Below, one piece after another: positions 9,522-19,037 of a DNA stretch of 27,974 nucleotides. Under the pieces are notes generated by a model that was given only the letters and a program-made list of their open reading frames with translations, ran no database searches and was not told the origin of the DNA. Origin of the DNA: Gammaproteobacteria bacterium (GTDB lineage: Bacteria > Pseudomonadota > Gammaproteobacteria > GCA-001735895); contig JBNKUM010000113.1 of the NCBI GenBank assembly GCA_050298595.1, forward strand, positions 1-27,974, written 5' to 3'. Every line of letters starts with the position of its first letter. Position 1 is the first letter of the stretch. The position numbers and the translations under genes were made by a program.

Positions 9522-9923
9522 ATGTCTTTAGATGTAGAAGTACAAAATTCAATTGCCACTATCCCTGAATGTATTGCTGCCGGTTATGTCGATGTCGGCA
9601 CCGGTATGCTGTTAAGTATAAAATCTGTCGACTCTCATCCCGGAGAAGTGATGGATCTGTTAGCGGCCGCAACCGGTGATCTCTTTCAGGGGCCTAATGT
9701 CGTAGCTATTGAAGATATCTTTAAAAAGGCTCGTGGTTCAAATGATCAGGGTCATTACTTTCAGGAAATGGTTGTGCTCAGTGATAATCTTGTGCATGTT
9801 TTTCTACGGGGAAAGACTTACACTGAACATGTTGTAGTATTTGTTTGCCGTAAATCAGTCAATCTGGGAATGGCATTAACCAAGGCTAGAATGGCTGCGC
9901 CTAAACTGGAAGCTGCACTTTAA
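9522..9923 (+). CDS. Divergent roadblock/LC7-like protein, paralog 1
   Basis: ATG after an AGGAG RBS (9510-9514); 133 aa; helix/strand pattern fits a roadblock fold; clear paralog of 10215-10649. Confidence 0.7.
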   Translation: MSLDVEVQNSIATIPECIAAGYVDVGTGMLLSIKSVDSHPGEVMDLLAAATGDLFQGPNVVAIEDIFKKARGSNDQGHYFQEMVVLSDNLVHVFLRGKTYTEHVVVFVCRKSVNLGMALTKARMAAPKLEAAL

Positions 9924-10214
9924 TCTCCTGGGCTGTCATTTCGCGTGGCTTGCCATGTGAGAATAAGGATGTTTCTATGGGAGTCTTAAGATTCCCGTGA
10001 AACTCCTAAGACACCTCTTATCAATATGATGTATCTGTGGCACATAGTTTAATGCGCAATCAGGTCACAGCTTGGCGCACACGCGTCTGCCTGGGAAGAA
10101 GTTGTAATGATTAGCACAGAGACATTACATACAGATCAGAGAAGTCCTAAGCAAATATCCCGTCCGCTTGCGAGGGGGGATGTATAGCTTTAAATGGGTT
10201 GAAAAAACGTTCCT

Positions 10215-10649
10215 ATGTCATTAAAAAGTCAGTTGTATAAGTCGATAAGAGGAATGCCTCTATGTATTGCAGGCGGGTATATCGATCTTGACAATAAAAT
10301 ACTGCTAGATATGTTGACGAGAGGGCCAGAGTCCAAGGAGATGCTGCCGCGACTGGTTGGTATCACAGAGGATTTATTTCAGGGTTCGAATGTAAAGATG
10401 ATTGAACAGATTTTTAATAAATCTCGAGGCGTACAAGATCGTGGCCGACATTTATTTCAGGAAATGGTGGTTATGAATGAGGATTTGATTCACGTTTTTA
10501 TTCGCGGAAAAACATTTAATAATCATATTGTCACCTTTATTTTTGAAGGTAAGATGAATATGGGGTTGTCACTGTCAAAATCACGTAAAGAAATACCCTT
10601 GCTGGAAGATGAAGTGGCATTATTGCGTATGCAAAATCGAAAACTTTAG
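10215..10649 (+). CDS. Divergent roadblock/LC7-like protein, paralog 2
   Basis: Shares CIAxGYxD, DLFQGxNV, IExIFxKxRG, FQEMVV and HVFxRGKT with 9522-9923. Confidence 0.7.
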   Translation: MSLKSQLYKSIRGMPLCIAGGYIDLDNKILLDMLTRGPESKEMLPRLVGITEDLFQGSNVKMIEQIFNKSRGVQDRGRHLFQEMVVMNEDLIHVFIRGKTFNNHIVTFIFEGKMNMGLSLSKSRKEIPLLEDEVALLRMQNRKL

Positions 10650-10670
10650 AATTATTGAGATTTAGCTAAA

Positions 10671-11039
10671 GTGGCGTATAAACTAAATGTAATCAATAAA
10701 ATACTGGGTGATTTTGTCATTAGTTCTTCCAGTATTCAGGCTGCCGCAGTGATGACTCGTGACGGTCACCTTATCGCTTCTAATCTAGATGCTGGTGTGG
10801 ATGGTGATCGCTTAAGTGCTATTTCAGCTTCGCTATTATCGCTAGCTGATCGGGCCACTCAGGATGTACAACAGGGTATTTTGAAACAGGTGCTTATCGC
10901 TAATAGTGATGGCTTTATCCTCATGCTCAAAGTAGGCGAAAACGCCGTACTTTCAGTAGTTTCAGAAGCTAGTTCCAGCCTGGGCATGTTATTGCACGAG
11001 GCAAATAAATCCGCCGCCATTCTGGCTCATTTAATTTAA
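10671..11039 (+). CDS. Roadblock/LC7 (MglB-like) protein
   Basis: 122 aa with AAAVMTRDGHLIAS, DRLSAISASLLSLA, GILKQVLI...GFILM and SLGMLL, the classic roadblock signature. GTG start. Confidence 0.88.
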   Translation: MAYKLNVINKILGDFVISSSSIQAAAVMTRDGHLIASNLDAGVDGDRLSAISASLLSLADRATQDVQQGILKQVLIANSDGFILMLKVGENAVLSVVSEASSSLGMLLHEANKSAAILAHLI

Positions 11040-11063
11040 GCACAGATTGCTTTGCTACTGCAT

Positions 11064-12620
11064 ATGACAACAATCTATTTTGAAAATGATTCTTTCGAAT
11101 GCCGTGATAATGAATCGGTTCTGGATGCATTACTCAGACAGGGCAGGGAGATTCCTTTTTCATGTCGCAATGGAGTCTGCCACGCCTGCCTGATGCGTGT
11201 GGTCGAAGGCGCTCCTGGAGAGTCTGCACAGAAAGGATTATCTCAAGGTTTATTGCAGAAAAATTATTTTCTGCCCTGCCGTTGCCGTCCGGATAAAGAT
11301 TTGACTATTGCGTTACCGCGTTCTGCAGATCTAAGTTGCCTGGCAATTGTACAGGGAAAGCAACAACTGAATGATCAGGTCTGGCGTTTTGAGATAGAGC
11401 CCTCGGTTGAATTGTTTTATCACGCTGGCCAGTTTATTAGTATCAAAAATCCGCAAGGCGTAGTGCGTAGTTATTCAATCGCCAGTGTGCCGCAGCAGGA
11501 TTATTTTCTTGAACTGCATATTAATCGTCATGATCAAGGGCAAATGAGTCGATGGTTGATTGATGAGGTTGAAGTGGGAGATGAAATTCAAATAATCCGC
11601 CCAGAGGGCAATAATTTTTACCAGGCTGGGCAACAAACACCTTTGTTGCTGGCAGGTACTGGAACGGGTTTGGCTCCATTAATCGGTATTGCGAGAGACG
11701 CCCTGTATTCCGGGCATCAGGCAGCGGTTCATCTTTATCATGGAGCTGTTGATAAGCATGGGCTTTATTTACAGGAAAGTTTACGCAGTCTGGAACAGAC
11801 GTTTGAGACTTTCCATTTCCATCCCTGCGTTATTAATGAGCAAAGTATTCAACAGGCGATTTCAGCACAGCATGTTTCACTATCTGGCTGGCAAATTTAT
11901 ATTGCAGGAAATCCACTGCTGGTAACCTCAGTAGCTGAGCAGGCGCAGCAACTGGGCGCTGACGAATCAGCAATTTTTAAAGATCCTTTTACCCTCAGTG
12001 AAATCACTGGAACAGATGACTACACTGATGTTAGCGAACAAAATAATCGTCAGCCTCAGGAGATGGCTTATCCGCCCCCGGATACTGAACTCTGGCAAGC
12101 TCTGGGTGAGGGTGAAATACTTAAAAGGATTCTCGATGATTTTTACGATGCAGTATTTGAGGACCCGGTAATGTCTCCGTACTTTCATAACTCGACCAAG
12201 ACTCGAGCGAAAGAAAAGGTTTACTCATTTTATCGACGTTTATTTTCCGGGGAGCGAGTTTATTTCGGTGACAGGCCGCGCAATGCACACCACTGGATGG
12301 TGATTAGCGATGAGGTGTTTAACTATCGCGAAATCTTGCTCAAAAGCTTTATGCAGAAACATGGATTAAACGATGCAATGATCACTCGTTGGCAGGTTCT
12401 TGAAGAATTGTATCGTCCTGATATTGTAAAAACCAGGGCGAGGGGACGCATGGTCGGCGATATCGAAACTCCGGCAGAAGGTTACGGCAAGATCACATTA
12501 AGTGTTGCCGGTATGTGCGATGCATGCCATGAAGAAATTGATACGGGAACAGAAGTGGTTTATCACTTGCGCACAGGTGAGCTATTCTGTGCGAATTGTT
12601 CGGCCAGCAGACACTGTTGA
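11064..12620 (+). CDS. Multidomain oxidoreductase: [2Fe-2S] ferredoxin, FAD/NAD(P)H FNR module, group I truncated globin and CxxC...CxxC ribbon
   Basis: CRNGVCHAC..C; RSYSIAS, GQMS and GTGLAP; globin LWQALG..DDFYDAV..PYF..RNAHHW; terminal CDAC (12516) and CANC (12588). Confidence 0.82.
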   Translation: MTTIYFENDSFECRDNESVLDALLRQGREIPFSCRNGVCHACLMRVVEGAPGESAQKGLSQGLLQKNYFLPCRCRPDKDLTIALPRSADLSCLAIVQGKQQLNDQVWRFEIEPSVELFYHAGQFISIKNPQGVVRSYSIASVPQQDYFLELHINRHDQGQMSRWLIDEVEVGDEIQIIRPEGNNFYQAGQQTPLLLAGTGTGLAPLIGIARDALYSGHQAAVHLYHGAVDKHGLYLQESLRSLEQTFETFHFHPCVINEQSIQQAISAQHVSLSGWQIYIAGNPLLVTSVAEQAQQLGADESAIFKDPFTLSEITGTDDYTDVSEQNNRQPQEMAYPPPDTELWQALGEGEILKRILDDFYDAVFEDPVMSPYFHNSTKTRAKEKVYSFYRRLFSGERVYFGDRPRNAHHWMVISDEVFNYREILLKSFMQKHGLNDAMITRWQVLEELYRPDIVKTRARGRMVGDIETPAEGYGKITLSVAGMCDACHEEIDTGTEVVYHLRTGELFCANCSASRHC

Positions 12621-12651
12621 ATAGATATTTTCGCAGGGTTCAGCTTGCAGC

Positions 12652-12685
12652 AATACTCCGTCAGCTTGCTGCGGGGTTGTTTATT
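12652..12685 (-). repeat. Palindromic REP/IS200-IS605-end-like repeat, copy 1
   Basis: Reverse complement AATAAACAACCCCGCAGCAAGCTGACGGAGTATT matches 20372-20405 at 31/34 positions. It forms a hairpin between convergent genes. Confidence 0.75.
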
Positions 12686-12687
12686 AG

Positions 12688-13368
12688 TCAGGACTCATCT
12701 TTATAAGCTAACCAGATCGTATGTCTGGCTCCTTTTTTACCATGTGCATAAATCTTCTTCTCTTCAACCCTTAAACGGCAGGATTTCAGTAATTTATTAA
12801 ATTTGGGGTCAGTTACAGCAGACCAATAGCTGACAATGCCTTTAGGTTTGAGTGCTGTGCGTACACAATGTATGCCTGCGGCTGTATACAACCAGTCGTT
12901 ACTTGTTTTGGTTAGCCCATCAGGACCATTGTCTACATCCAGAGCGATCACATCGTAACAGGCCTTCTGGACACGTAATATTTTCCCTACATCAGTAATA
13001 TGGACTCGTGTACGTTGATCATTGAGTGGATATCCACTGATAGCACCCAGCGGTCCTCGATTCCATTCAACCACTTCAGGAATTAATTCCGCTACATCGA
13101 CCACAGCCTGTGGCCCGACATGAGCCAGTACAGATGCCAGAGTAAAGCCCATGCCCAGGCCACCAATTAAAATCTGGGGCGCTTCAGGGTTTTTCAGTGC
13201 CTGACAGGGTAAATAACCTAATGCATCCTCAGAACCGTGTTGGCGGGTATTCATCAACTCAATGCCACCCGATATCTTGATATGAAAATCATCCTTGTCC
13301 TGGAATAACATTAATGTTTTCTCAGAACCCGGTATTGGAGCCGTGCCTAATTGGTTCCAGTGACGCAT
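12688..13368 (-). CDS. Spermidine synthase-like class I SAM-dependent methyltransferase
   Basis: ILIGGLGMGFTL, VAELIPEVVEW and DVIALDVDNGP. ATG 13368 is preferred over TTG 13389. Confidence 0.8.
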   Translation of the reverse strand: MRHWNQLGTAPIPGSEKTLMLFQDKDDFHIKISGGIELMNTRQHGSEDALGYLPCQALKNPEAPQILIGGLGMGFTLASVLAHVGPQAVVDVAELIPEVVEWNRGPLGAISGYPLNDQRTRVHITDVGKILRVQKACYDVIALDVDNGPDGLTKTSNDWLYTAAGIHCVRTALKPKGIVSYWSAVTDPKFNKLLKSCRLRVEEKKIYAHGKKGARHTIWLAYKDES

Positions 13369-13714
13369 GCTTATTAAATCCGTAAACAATGGAAACAGGG
13401 GTTATAAGGGTAAATGGCGATGGCGTCTACGTAATATTTTTATTAAAGGATGCTAATTATTAACCACGAATAAGGGCAGGATGCCTGTAATTAGAGCAAC
13501 GCAGGAACAGTTGCCGAGAACACAAAGTGCACGATGATAGATGTTTTATTCGAGCTTTATCTTTTGACAGTGGACTATTTATTTGAGTTAGACCCCACAA
13601 GTGATGCGGTTAGCAAAGCTCACTACATCCTGCGAAATTAATATTCAATTGCGATGACTGGATTATCAGGGCGCCTGTGCTGGCAGCTTAGACGCTGATA
13701 TTTTGCCATTAGAG

Positions 13715-13800
13715 GCACTTATAAATTCTTGCATCCCTTTTACGATATTTCATTAAGCAATTATCATAAGATGATTTTATAAATTCGACAGCGTAGACTC
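13715..13800 (+). promoter_or_regulatory. Putative xylA promoter / XylR-binding region
   Basis: AT-rich stretch upstream of xylA with direct repeat TTATAAATTC (13719-13728 and 13777-13786). Assignment to XylR rests on context only. Confidence 0.3.
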
Positions 13801-13836
13801 AGTCGTTAATCTAAGTTACTTAACATGAGGCTAAAT

Positions 13837-15171
13837 ATGGCTACTGATTTCTTTACTCTGGATAAACCTGTTACTTACGAAGGCCCCGACACGGAAAATC
13901 CATTTGCTTTCCGTTGGTATGATGCCAAACGTGAAGTTCTGGGTAAACCGTTGGCCGAGCATCTGCGCTTCGCGGCCTGTTACTGGCATACCTTTTGTTG
14001 GAATGGTGCGGATGTTTTTGGGGAAGGTCCATTCGGACGTCCCTGGATCGATTCCTCACTGGAGCCGATGCAGGCAGCCAAACAGAAACTGGACGTGGCT
14101 TTCGAATTCTTTAGCAAGCTCGGGGTTCCTTATTACTGTTTTCATGATCGGGACATCGCGCCAGAAGGTTCTAGTGTCGCGGAATCTCGTTCTAACCTTG
14201 AGCAGATGACCGATCTGGCGGGTGAAAAAATGCAACAGTCTGGCGTCAAGTTGCTATGGGGAACTGCCAATCTGTTCAGCAACAAGCGCTACGCTGCAGG
14301 GGCATCGACCAATCCAGACCCCGAGGTGTTTAGCTTCGCTGCCCAGCAGATTAAGAATGCCATAGATGCAACCCATAAACTCGGCGGACAGAATTATGTG
14401 TTATGGGGTGGACGCGAGGGTTATGAAACCCTTTTAAATACCGATCTGAAACGGGAAGCAGACCAGTTTGGGCGCTTTCTGTCGATGGTTGTGGAGTATA
14501 AACACAAGATTGGTTTTACTGGAACATTGCTCATAGAGCCGAAACCACAGGAACCTACCAAACATCAGTATGATTATGATACGGCTACCGTTTATGGCTT
14601 TTTGCAACGCTATGGACTGGAAAAGGAATATAAGGTTAATGTCGAAGTTAACCATGCAACGTTGGCAGGACACAGTTTTCAACATGAAGTCGCGCTCGCG
14701 TCATCGTTAGATTTTCTCGGCAGTGTCGATGCCAATCGCGGTGATTACCAGAATGGCTGGGATACCGACCAGTTCCCGAACAGTGTCGATGAGCTGGCCT
14801 TAGCCTGCTATGAAATTATTCGCGGTGGTGGCTTTGCAACCGGGGGTTTTAATTTCGACGCCAAGTTACGCCGCCAGAGTCTCGATCCCATGGACCTGTT
14901 CCACGGCCACATCGGTGGTATGGATGTTATCGCGCGCGCTTACCTGATTGCTGCCGAGCTGTATCAGAAGAATAGTCTGCAGAGCTTTGTCGATGAGCGT
15001 TACAGTGGCTGGCAAAGTGGCATTGGGGCGGAAATCCTCAGCGACCAGCATGATCTGAGCAGCCTGGCCAGCTATGTTGAGCAACAAAACCTTGACCCGC
15101 AACCCGTCTCTGGGCGTCAGGAAATGCTGGAGAATAGGGTCAATCGCGCCATTGAATCGTTAAAAAACTAA
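13837..15171 (+). CDS. xylA: Xylose isomerase (class II)
   Basis: [39 protein letters not shown] and NFDAK motifs. A GAGG RBS favours ATG 13837. Confidence 0.97.
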   Translation: MATDFFTLDKPVTYEGPDTENPFAFRWYDAKREVLGKPLAEHLRFAACYWHTFCWNGADVFGEGPFGRPWIDSSLEPMQAAKQKLDVAFEFFSKLGVPYYCFHDRDIAPEGSSVAESRSNLEQMTDLAGEKMQQSGVKLLWGTANLFSNKRYAAGASTNPDPEVFSFAAQQIKNAIDATHKLGGQNYVLWGGREGYETLLNTDLKREADQFGRFLSMVVEYKHKIGFTGTLLIEPKPQEPTKHQYDYDTATVYGFLQRYGLEKEYKVNVEVNHATLAGHSFQHEVALASSLDFLGSVDANRGDYQNGWDTDQFPNSVDELALACYEIIRGGGFATGGFNFDAKLRRQSLDPMDLFHGHIGGMDVIARAYLIAAELYQKNSLQSFVDERYSGWQSGIGAEILSDQHDLSSLASYVEQQNLDPQPVSGRQEMLENRVNRAIESLKN

Positions 15172-15188
15172 ATGCGGAAATCAACATC

Positions 15189-16682
15189 ATGATGTATGCA
15201 GGTATCGATTGTGGCACCCAGGGAACCAAGGTCGTCATCTATGATGCCGACAGTCATCAGGTTTTGTCTCAGGGTTATGCCGAGCATGAGCTAATCAGTG
15301 ATGAATCGGGCACCCGAGAACAGCATCCAGACTGGTGGACTGGTGCGCTGATTGCTGCTTTTGCCCAGGCCCTGGCATCACCCAAAGTCGACGCGGCTGC
15401 CATTGTCGCGCTTGGGGTTTCCGGCCAGCAGCATGGTCTGGTGGTACTGGATGAAAAGGATCATGTAATCCGTCCGGCCAAACTGTGGTGTGATACCTCC
15501 ACCTACCTCCAGACCGAGCAACTGGTTAAAGCTCTGGGCGGTAAGTCTGCTGTGATCGATGAGATCGGTTTGACCATCCTGACCGGTTATACGGCATCCA
15601 AGCTGTTGTGGCTGAAGCAGCATGAGCCCGAAAACTTTGCACGCATCCGCAGTATTCTGCTACCCCACGATTATCTAAATTTCTGGCTCACTGGTGAAAA
15701 AACTGCCGAGTATGGCGATGCTTCTGGCAGCGGTTTTTTTGATATCCGCAAGCGTTGCTGGTCCGAAGCGGTTCTTCAGCAGATCGATAACAGTGATATG
15801 TTGTTATCCGCCTTGCCCCGTCTGTTGACTGCCGATGAAGCAGCTGGCCAGTTAACCGATAAAGCAGCCAGGTCGCTTGGTCTGAAGCCCGGTATTCTGG
15901 TGTCCAGTGGTGGCGGTGACAATATGATGGGCGCGATTGGTACTGGCAATGTCAGCCCTGGGCATATCACGATGAGTTTGGGTACATCGGGTACCTTGTA
16001 TGCTTATATGCAGCAGCCCTGCATAGACCCTGAGGGGCTTGTTGCAGCTTTCTGCTCCAGCAATAATGCCTGGCTTCCACTGATATGCACTATGAATGTG
16101 ACCAATGTTACCTCGGGTTTTCAGGGCTTATTGGGCTACGATCATGATCGCTTTAACCTGGCGTTACAGCAGACAACGGTCGGAGCCAGTGGCTTGACTA
16201 TGGCTCCATTCTTTAATGGCGAAAGAACTCCAGATCTGCCTTCAGCACGCGGTAGCCTGCTCGGTATCGATAGCACAAACCTGACGCCTGATAATCTGTG
16301 TCGTGCAGCAGTCGAAGGCGTCAGCTTTGGCCTGCGCTATGGTCTCGAGCTGTTCGAAACCAATGGCCTGGATGCAAAACGCATTCGCTTGATTGGTGGT
16401 GGTTCTAAAAGTTCTGCCTGGCGCCAGATCATCGCCGATATGATGAACACAACGGTCGAAGTTCCGCTGGAGCCCGAAGCAGCAGCACTGGGTGCGGCGC
16501 TGCAGGCGCAATGGAGTCATAGTCGAGCTGGCGGCAATGCTGCCACCCTGGGAGAAATATGTTCTGACGGTGTCAAACTTGATGCGGGTCTGCAATGTGA
16601 GCCGGACTCGCGCAATGCTGATCGTTACCAAGAGGTTTACCAGCGATATCTCGAAAGTCGACAAACGATTTACCAGGTTTAG
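15189..16682 (+). CDS. xylB: Xylulokinase (FGGY family)
   Basis: GIDCGTQGTK, SGQQHG, PAKLWCD, GGGDNMMGAIGTG, NGERTP and GGGSKS; directly follows xylA. Confidence 0.95.
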   Translation: MMYAGIDCGTQGTKVVIYDADSHQVLSQGYAEHELISDESGTREQHPDWWTGALIAAFAQALASPKVDAAAIVALGVSGQQHGLVVLDEKDHVIRPAKLWCDTSTYLQTEQLVKALGGKSAVIDEIGLTILTGYTASKLLWLKQHEPENFARIRSILLPHDYLNFWLTGEKTAEYGDASGSGFFDIRKRCWSEAVLQQIDNSDMLLSALPRLLTADEAAGQLTDKAARSLGLKPGILVSSGGGDNMMGAIGTGNVSPGHITMSLGTSGTLYAYMQQPCIDPEGLVAAFCSSNNAWLPLICTMNVTNVTSGFQGLLGYDHDRFNLALQQTTVGASGLTMAPFFNGERTPDLPSARGSLLGIDSTNLTPDNLCRAAVEGVSFGLRYGLELFETNGLDAKRIRLIGGGSKSSAWRQIIADMMNTTVEVPLEPEAAALGAALQAQWSHSRAGGNAATLGEICSDGVKLDAGLQCEPDSRNADRYQEVYQRYLESRQTIYQV

Positions 16683-16751
16683 GCCGCTATATCAGTAGCA
16701 GATTACTTACAAGTTCGGATTGCTTTGAATTGAAAAGAACAGGAGCGTGCT

Positions 16752-17753
16752 ATGTTAAAACCAGATGAGTTTAATTGGGGAATCATAGGGCCGGGACGTA
16801 TCGCCCGCAAATTTGCCAAAGGGTTACAGGTTATTGATGATGCCTGCCTGTATGCCATCGCCAGTAACAGCCTACAACGTGCACAGCAGTTTGTTGATGA
16901 TATCGGGCCAGTAGAAAAGGTCTACAAAGATTACCAGCAACTGGTATCCGATCCGAAAATCGATGCGATTTATATTTCAAATCCTCACCGCTATCATTTC
17001 GACACGGTTGCCCTTTGTCTACAGGCAGGCAAGCCGGTGTTATGCGAAAAACCGCTGACAGTTACAGCTAGTGAGAGTGAGGCGTTGTTTAAGCTAGCCG
17101 CAGAAAAGCAGGTGTTCCTGATGGAAGGTATGTGGACACGCTATCTGCCTGCCTGGGTTCAGGCGAAACAATGGATCGATCAGGGACGAATCGGGGAGGT
17201 GAGGGTGATGGTTTCGACCTTTGGTGTACAGATACCGCGCGAAGCGGATGATCGCTGGCTCAACCGCGAATCTGCCGGAGGGGTGCAATTGGATATGGGA
17301 GTCTATAATGTGGCTATGAGCCAGTTCATCATGCAGCGGGATCCGAAATCGATTGTTGCCGACGGCTGGATCGGCCACACCGGGGTTGATGAGCGGACCA
17401 GTGCATTATTGAATTATGGCGGCCCAGTCAGTATGTACACCTGTAACTTCCAGGTTGATACGGAAAACGATTTCATCATTTATGGTAGCGAGGGCAGAGT
17501 CCGGGTAGCGCCGAATTTTTGGGAATCTACGGGTGCCAGCCTGATACTGGATAATGGAAGCTATGAAACCTTTGAACAGTCTTTTCGTGCCAGTGGTTTC
17601 GAATATGAAGCCGAAGCGGCCATGCAATCGATTCGCGAAGGAAAACTGGAAAACGATATCATGCCGTGGAGGCACACGCTCGGAAATATGCGCGCCATAG
17701 ATGACGTACTTGGGCAGTTCGGCATGGATTATCCATTCAGTGCTCGTGTATGA
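16752..17753 (+). CDS. Gfo/Idh/MocA oxidoreductase (possible D-xylose 1-dehydrogenase-like)
   Basis: WGIIGPGRIA, LCEKP, FLMEGMWTRYLP and DMGVY; AGGAG RBS. Confidence 0.88.
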   Translation: MLKPDEFNWGIIGPGRIARKFAKGLQVIDDACLYAIASNSLQRAQQFVDDIGPVEKVYKDYQQLVSDPKIDAIYISNPHRYHFDTVALCLQAGKPVLCEKPLTVTASESEALFKLAAEKQVFLMEGMWTRYLPAWVQAKQWIDQGRIGEVRVMVSTFGVQIPREADDRWLNRESAGGVQLDMGVYNVAMSQFIMQRDPKSIVADGWIGHTGVDERTSALLNYGGPVSMYTCNFQVDTENDFIIYGSEGRVRVAPNFWESTGASLILDNGSYETFEQSFRASGFEYEAEAAMQSIREGKLENDIMPWRHTLGNMRAIDDVLGQFGMDYPFSARV

Positions 17754-17852
17754 CCGAACAGAGGTAATTCCTCGCTGGATTACTCTGTTGTTGATGTTTT
17801 GTATAGCATACGTAAACTTGATGCCCGGAGGATAGTTGGATCATACTGCGGG

Positions 17853-19037
17853 ATGTTCGAGAAAAGATATAAAATCAATTTACTATTCAATGCCAGTAAG
17901 GTTTATGACCGTCGAATTATCGAAGGCATAGGTAGTTATTTTCAGGCCAGTCATTGCGACTGGGATATCTATGTTGAGGAAGATTTTCGTTTACGCATCC
18001 GCAATATCAAGGACCTTAGTGGCGATGGTATCATCGCCGATTACGATAATCCGGAAGTTGTAGATGCCTTACAGGATTGCAGCATGCCGGTGATGGGGAC
18101 TGGCAGTTCTTACTCCGATCCTGCTGAATATCCAGATGTGCCTTATTTTGCGACCGATAATGTAGCTCTGGTCGCTGCCGCTTATGAGCATTTAATCAAC
18201 AAGGGCCTGCAACGTTTCGCCTTCTATGGTTTGCCCGATAACCCGATGTATCGTTGGGCGCAGGAAAGAGAAAAGGCATTTTACGATCTGTCTGAGCGTA
18301 ATGCTTTTCCGCATAGTGTTTATCGTGGTTATGTAACCACGCCGGACAATTGGCAGTGCTCGTTGCGCGAGCTTGGCGAATGGGTTCAATCCTTACCTCA
18401 ACCGATTGGTATTGTTGCCGTGACCGATGCCAGGGCTCGCCATATTCTGCAGATTTGCGATCACCTGGGGATAATGATTCCCGATCAAATTAGCCTGATT
18501 GGAATTGATAATGAGGAATTGACCCAGTATCTTTCCCGTGTTTCATTGAGCTCAGTCGAACAGGGCTGCCAGCAGATGGGGTATCAGGCAGCCAAACGCA
18601 TGCATGCGATCCTGTTGGGTAAAAAACAGGCGTCAAACGAACCGGTGCTGATCCCTCCAAGCGGAGTTGTTGAACGTCAATCTTCCGATTTTCGCGCATT
18701 GCTGGACCCTAATGTCATCAAGGCAACCCATTTCATCCGGCATAACGCCTGTCGCGGGATCAAGGTCTCTCAGGTGGTTGATTATGTGGGTATTTCGAGG
18801 TCCAATCTGGAAACCCGATTCCTGGACGAATATGGTCATTCAATGCACACCGAGTTACACCAGACCAAGTTTAACCATGCCAGGAACTTGCTGGAAAACA
18901 CTAATATCCCAATACCGGAAGTCGCAGATATCTGTGGCTATCATTCCACTCAGTACCTGTACACGGTGTTTCGCCGAGATCTGCAAACCACGCCCAGGGA
19001 ATATCGTTGTATGAAACGGGAACAAAAAGAAACATGA
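17853..19037 (+). CDS. xylR: Xylose operon activator (LacI-like sensor domain plus AraC HTH)
   Basis: MFEKRYKINLLFNASKVYDR and WDIYVEEDF resemble the E. coli XylR N-terminus; AraC region ISRSNLETRF...VADICGY..QYLYTVF...TTPREYR. Confidence 0.93.
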   Translation: MFEKRYKINLLFNASKVYDRRIIEGIGSYFQASHCDWDIYVEEDFRLRIRNIKDLSGDGIIADYDNPEVVDALQDCSMPVMGTGSSYSDPAEYPDVPYFATDNVALVAAAYEHLINKGLQRFAFYGLPDNPMYRWAQEREKAFYDLSERNAFPHSVYRGYVTTPDNWQCSLRELGEWVQSLPQPIGIVAVTDARARHILQICDHLGIMIPDQISLIGIDNEELTQYLSRVSLSSVEQGCQQMGYQAAKRMHAILLGKKQASNEPVLIPPSGVVERQSSDFRALLDPNVIKATHFIRHNACRGIKVSQVVDYVGISRSNLETRFLDEYGHSMHTELHQTKFNHARNLLENTNIPIPEVADICGYHSTQYLYTVFRRDLQTTPREYRCMKREQKET

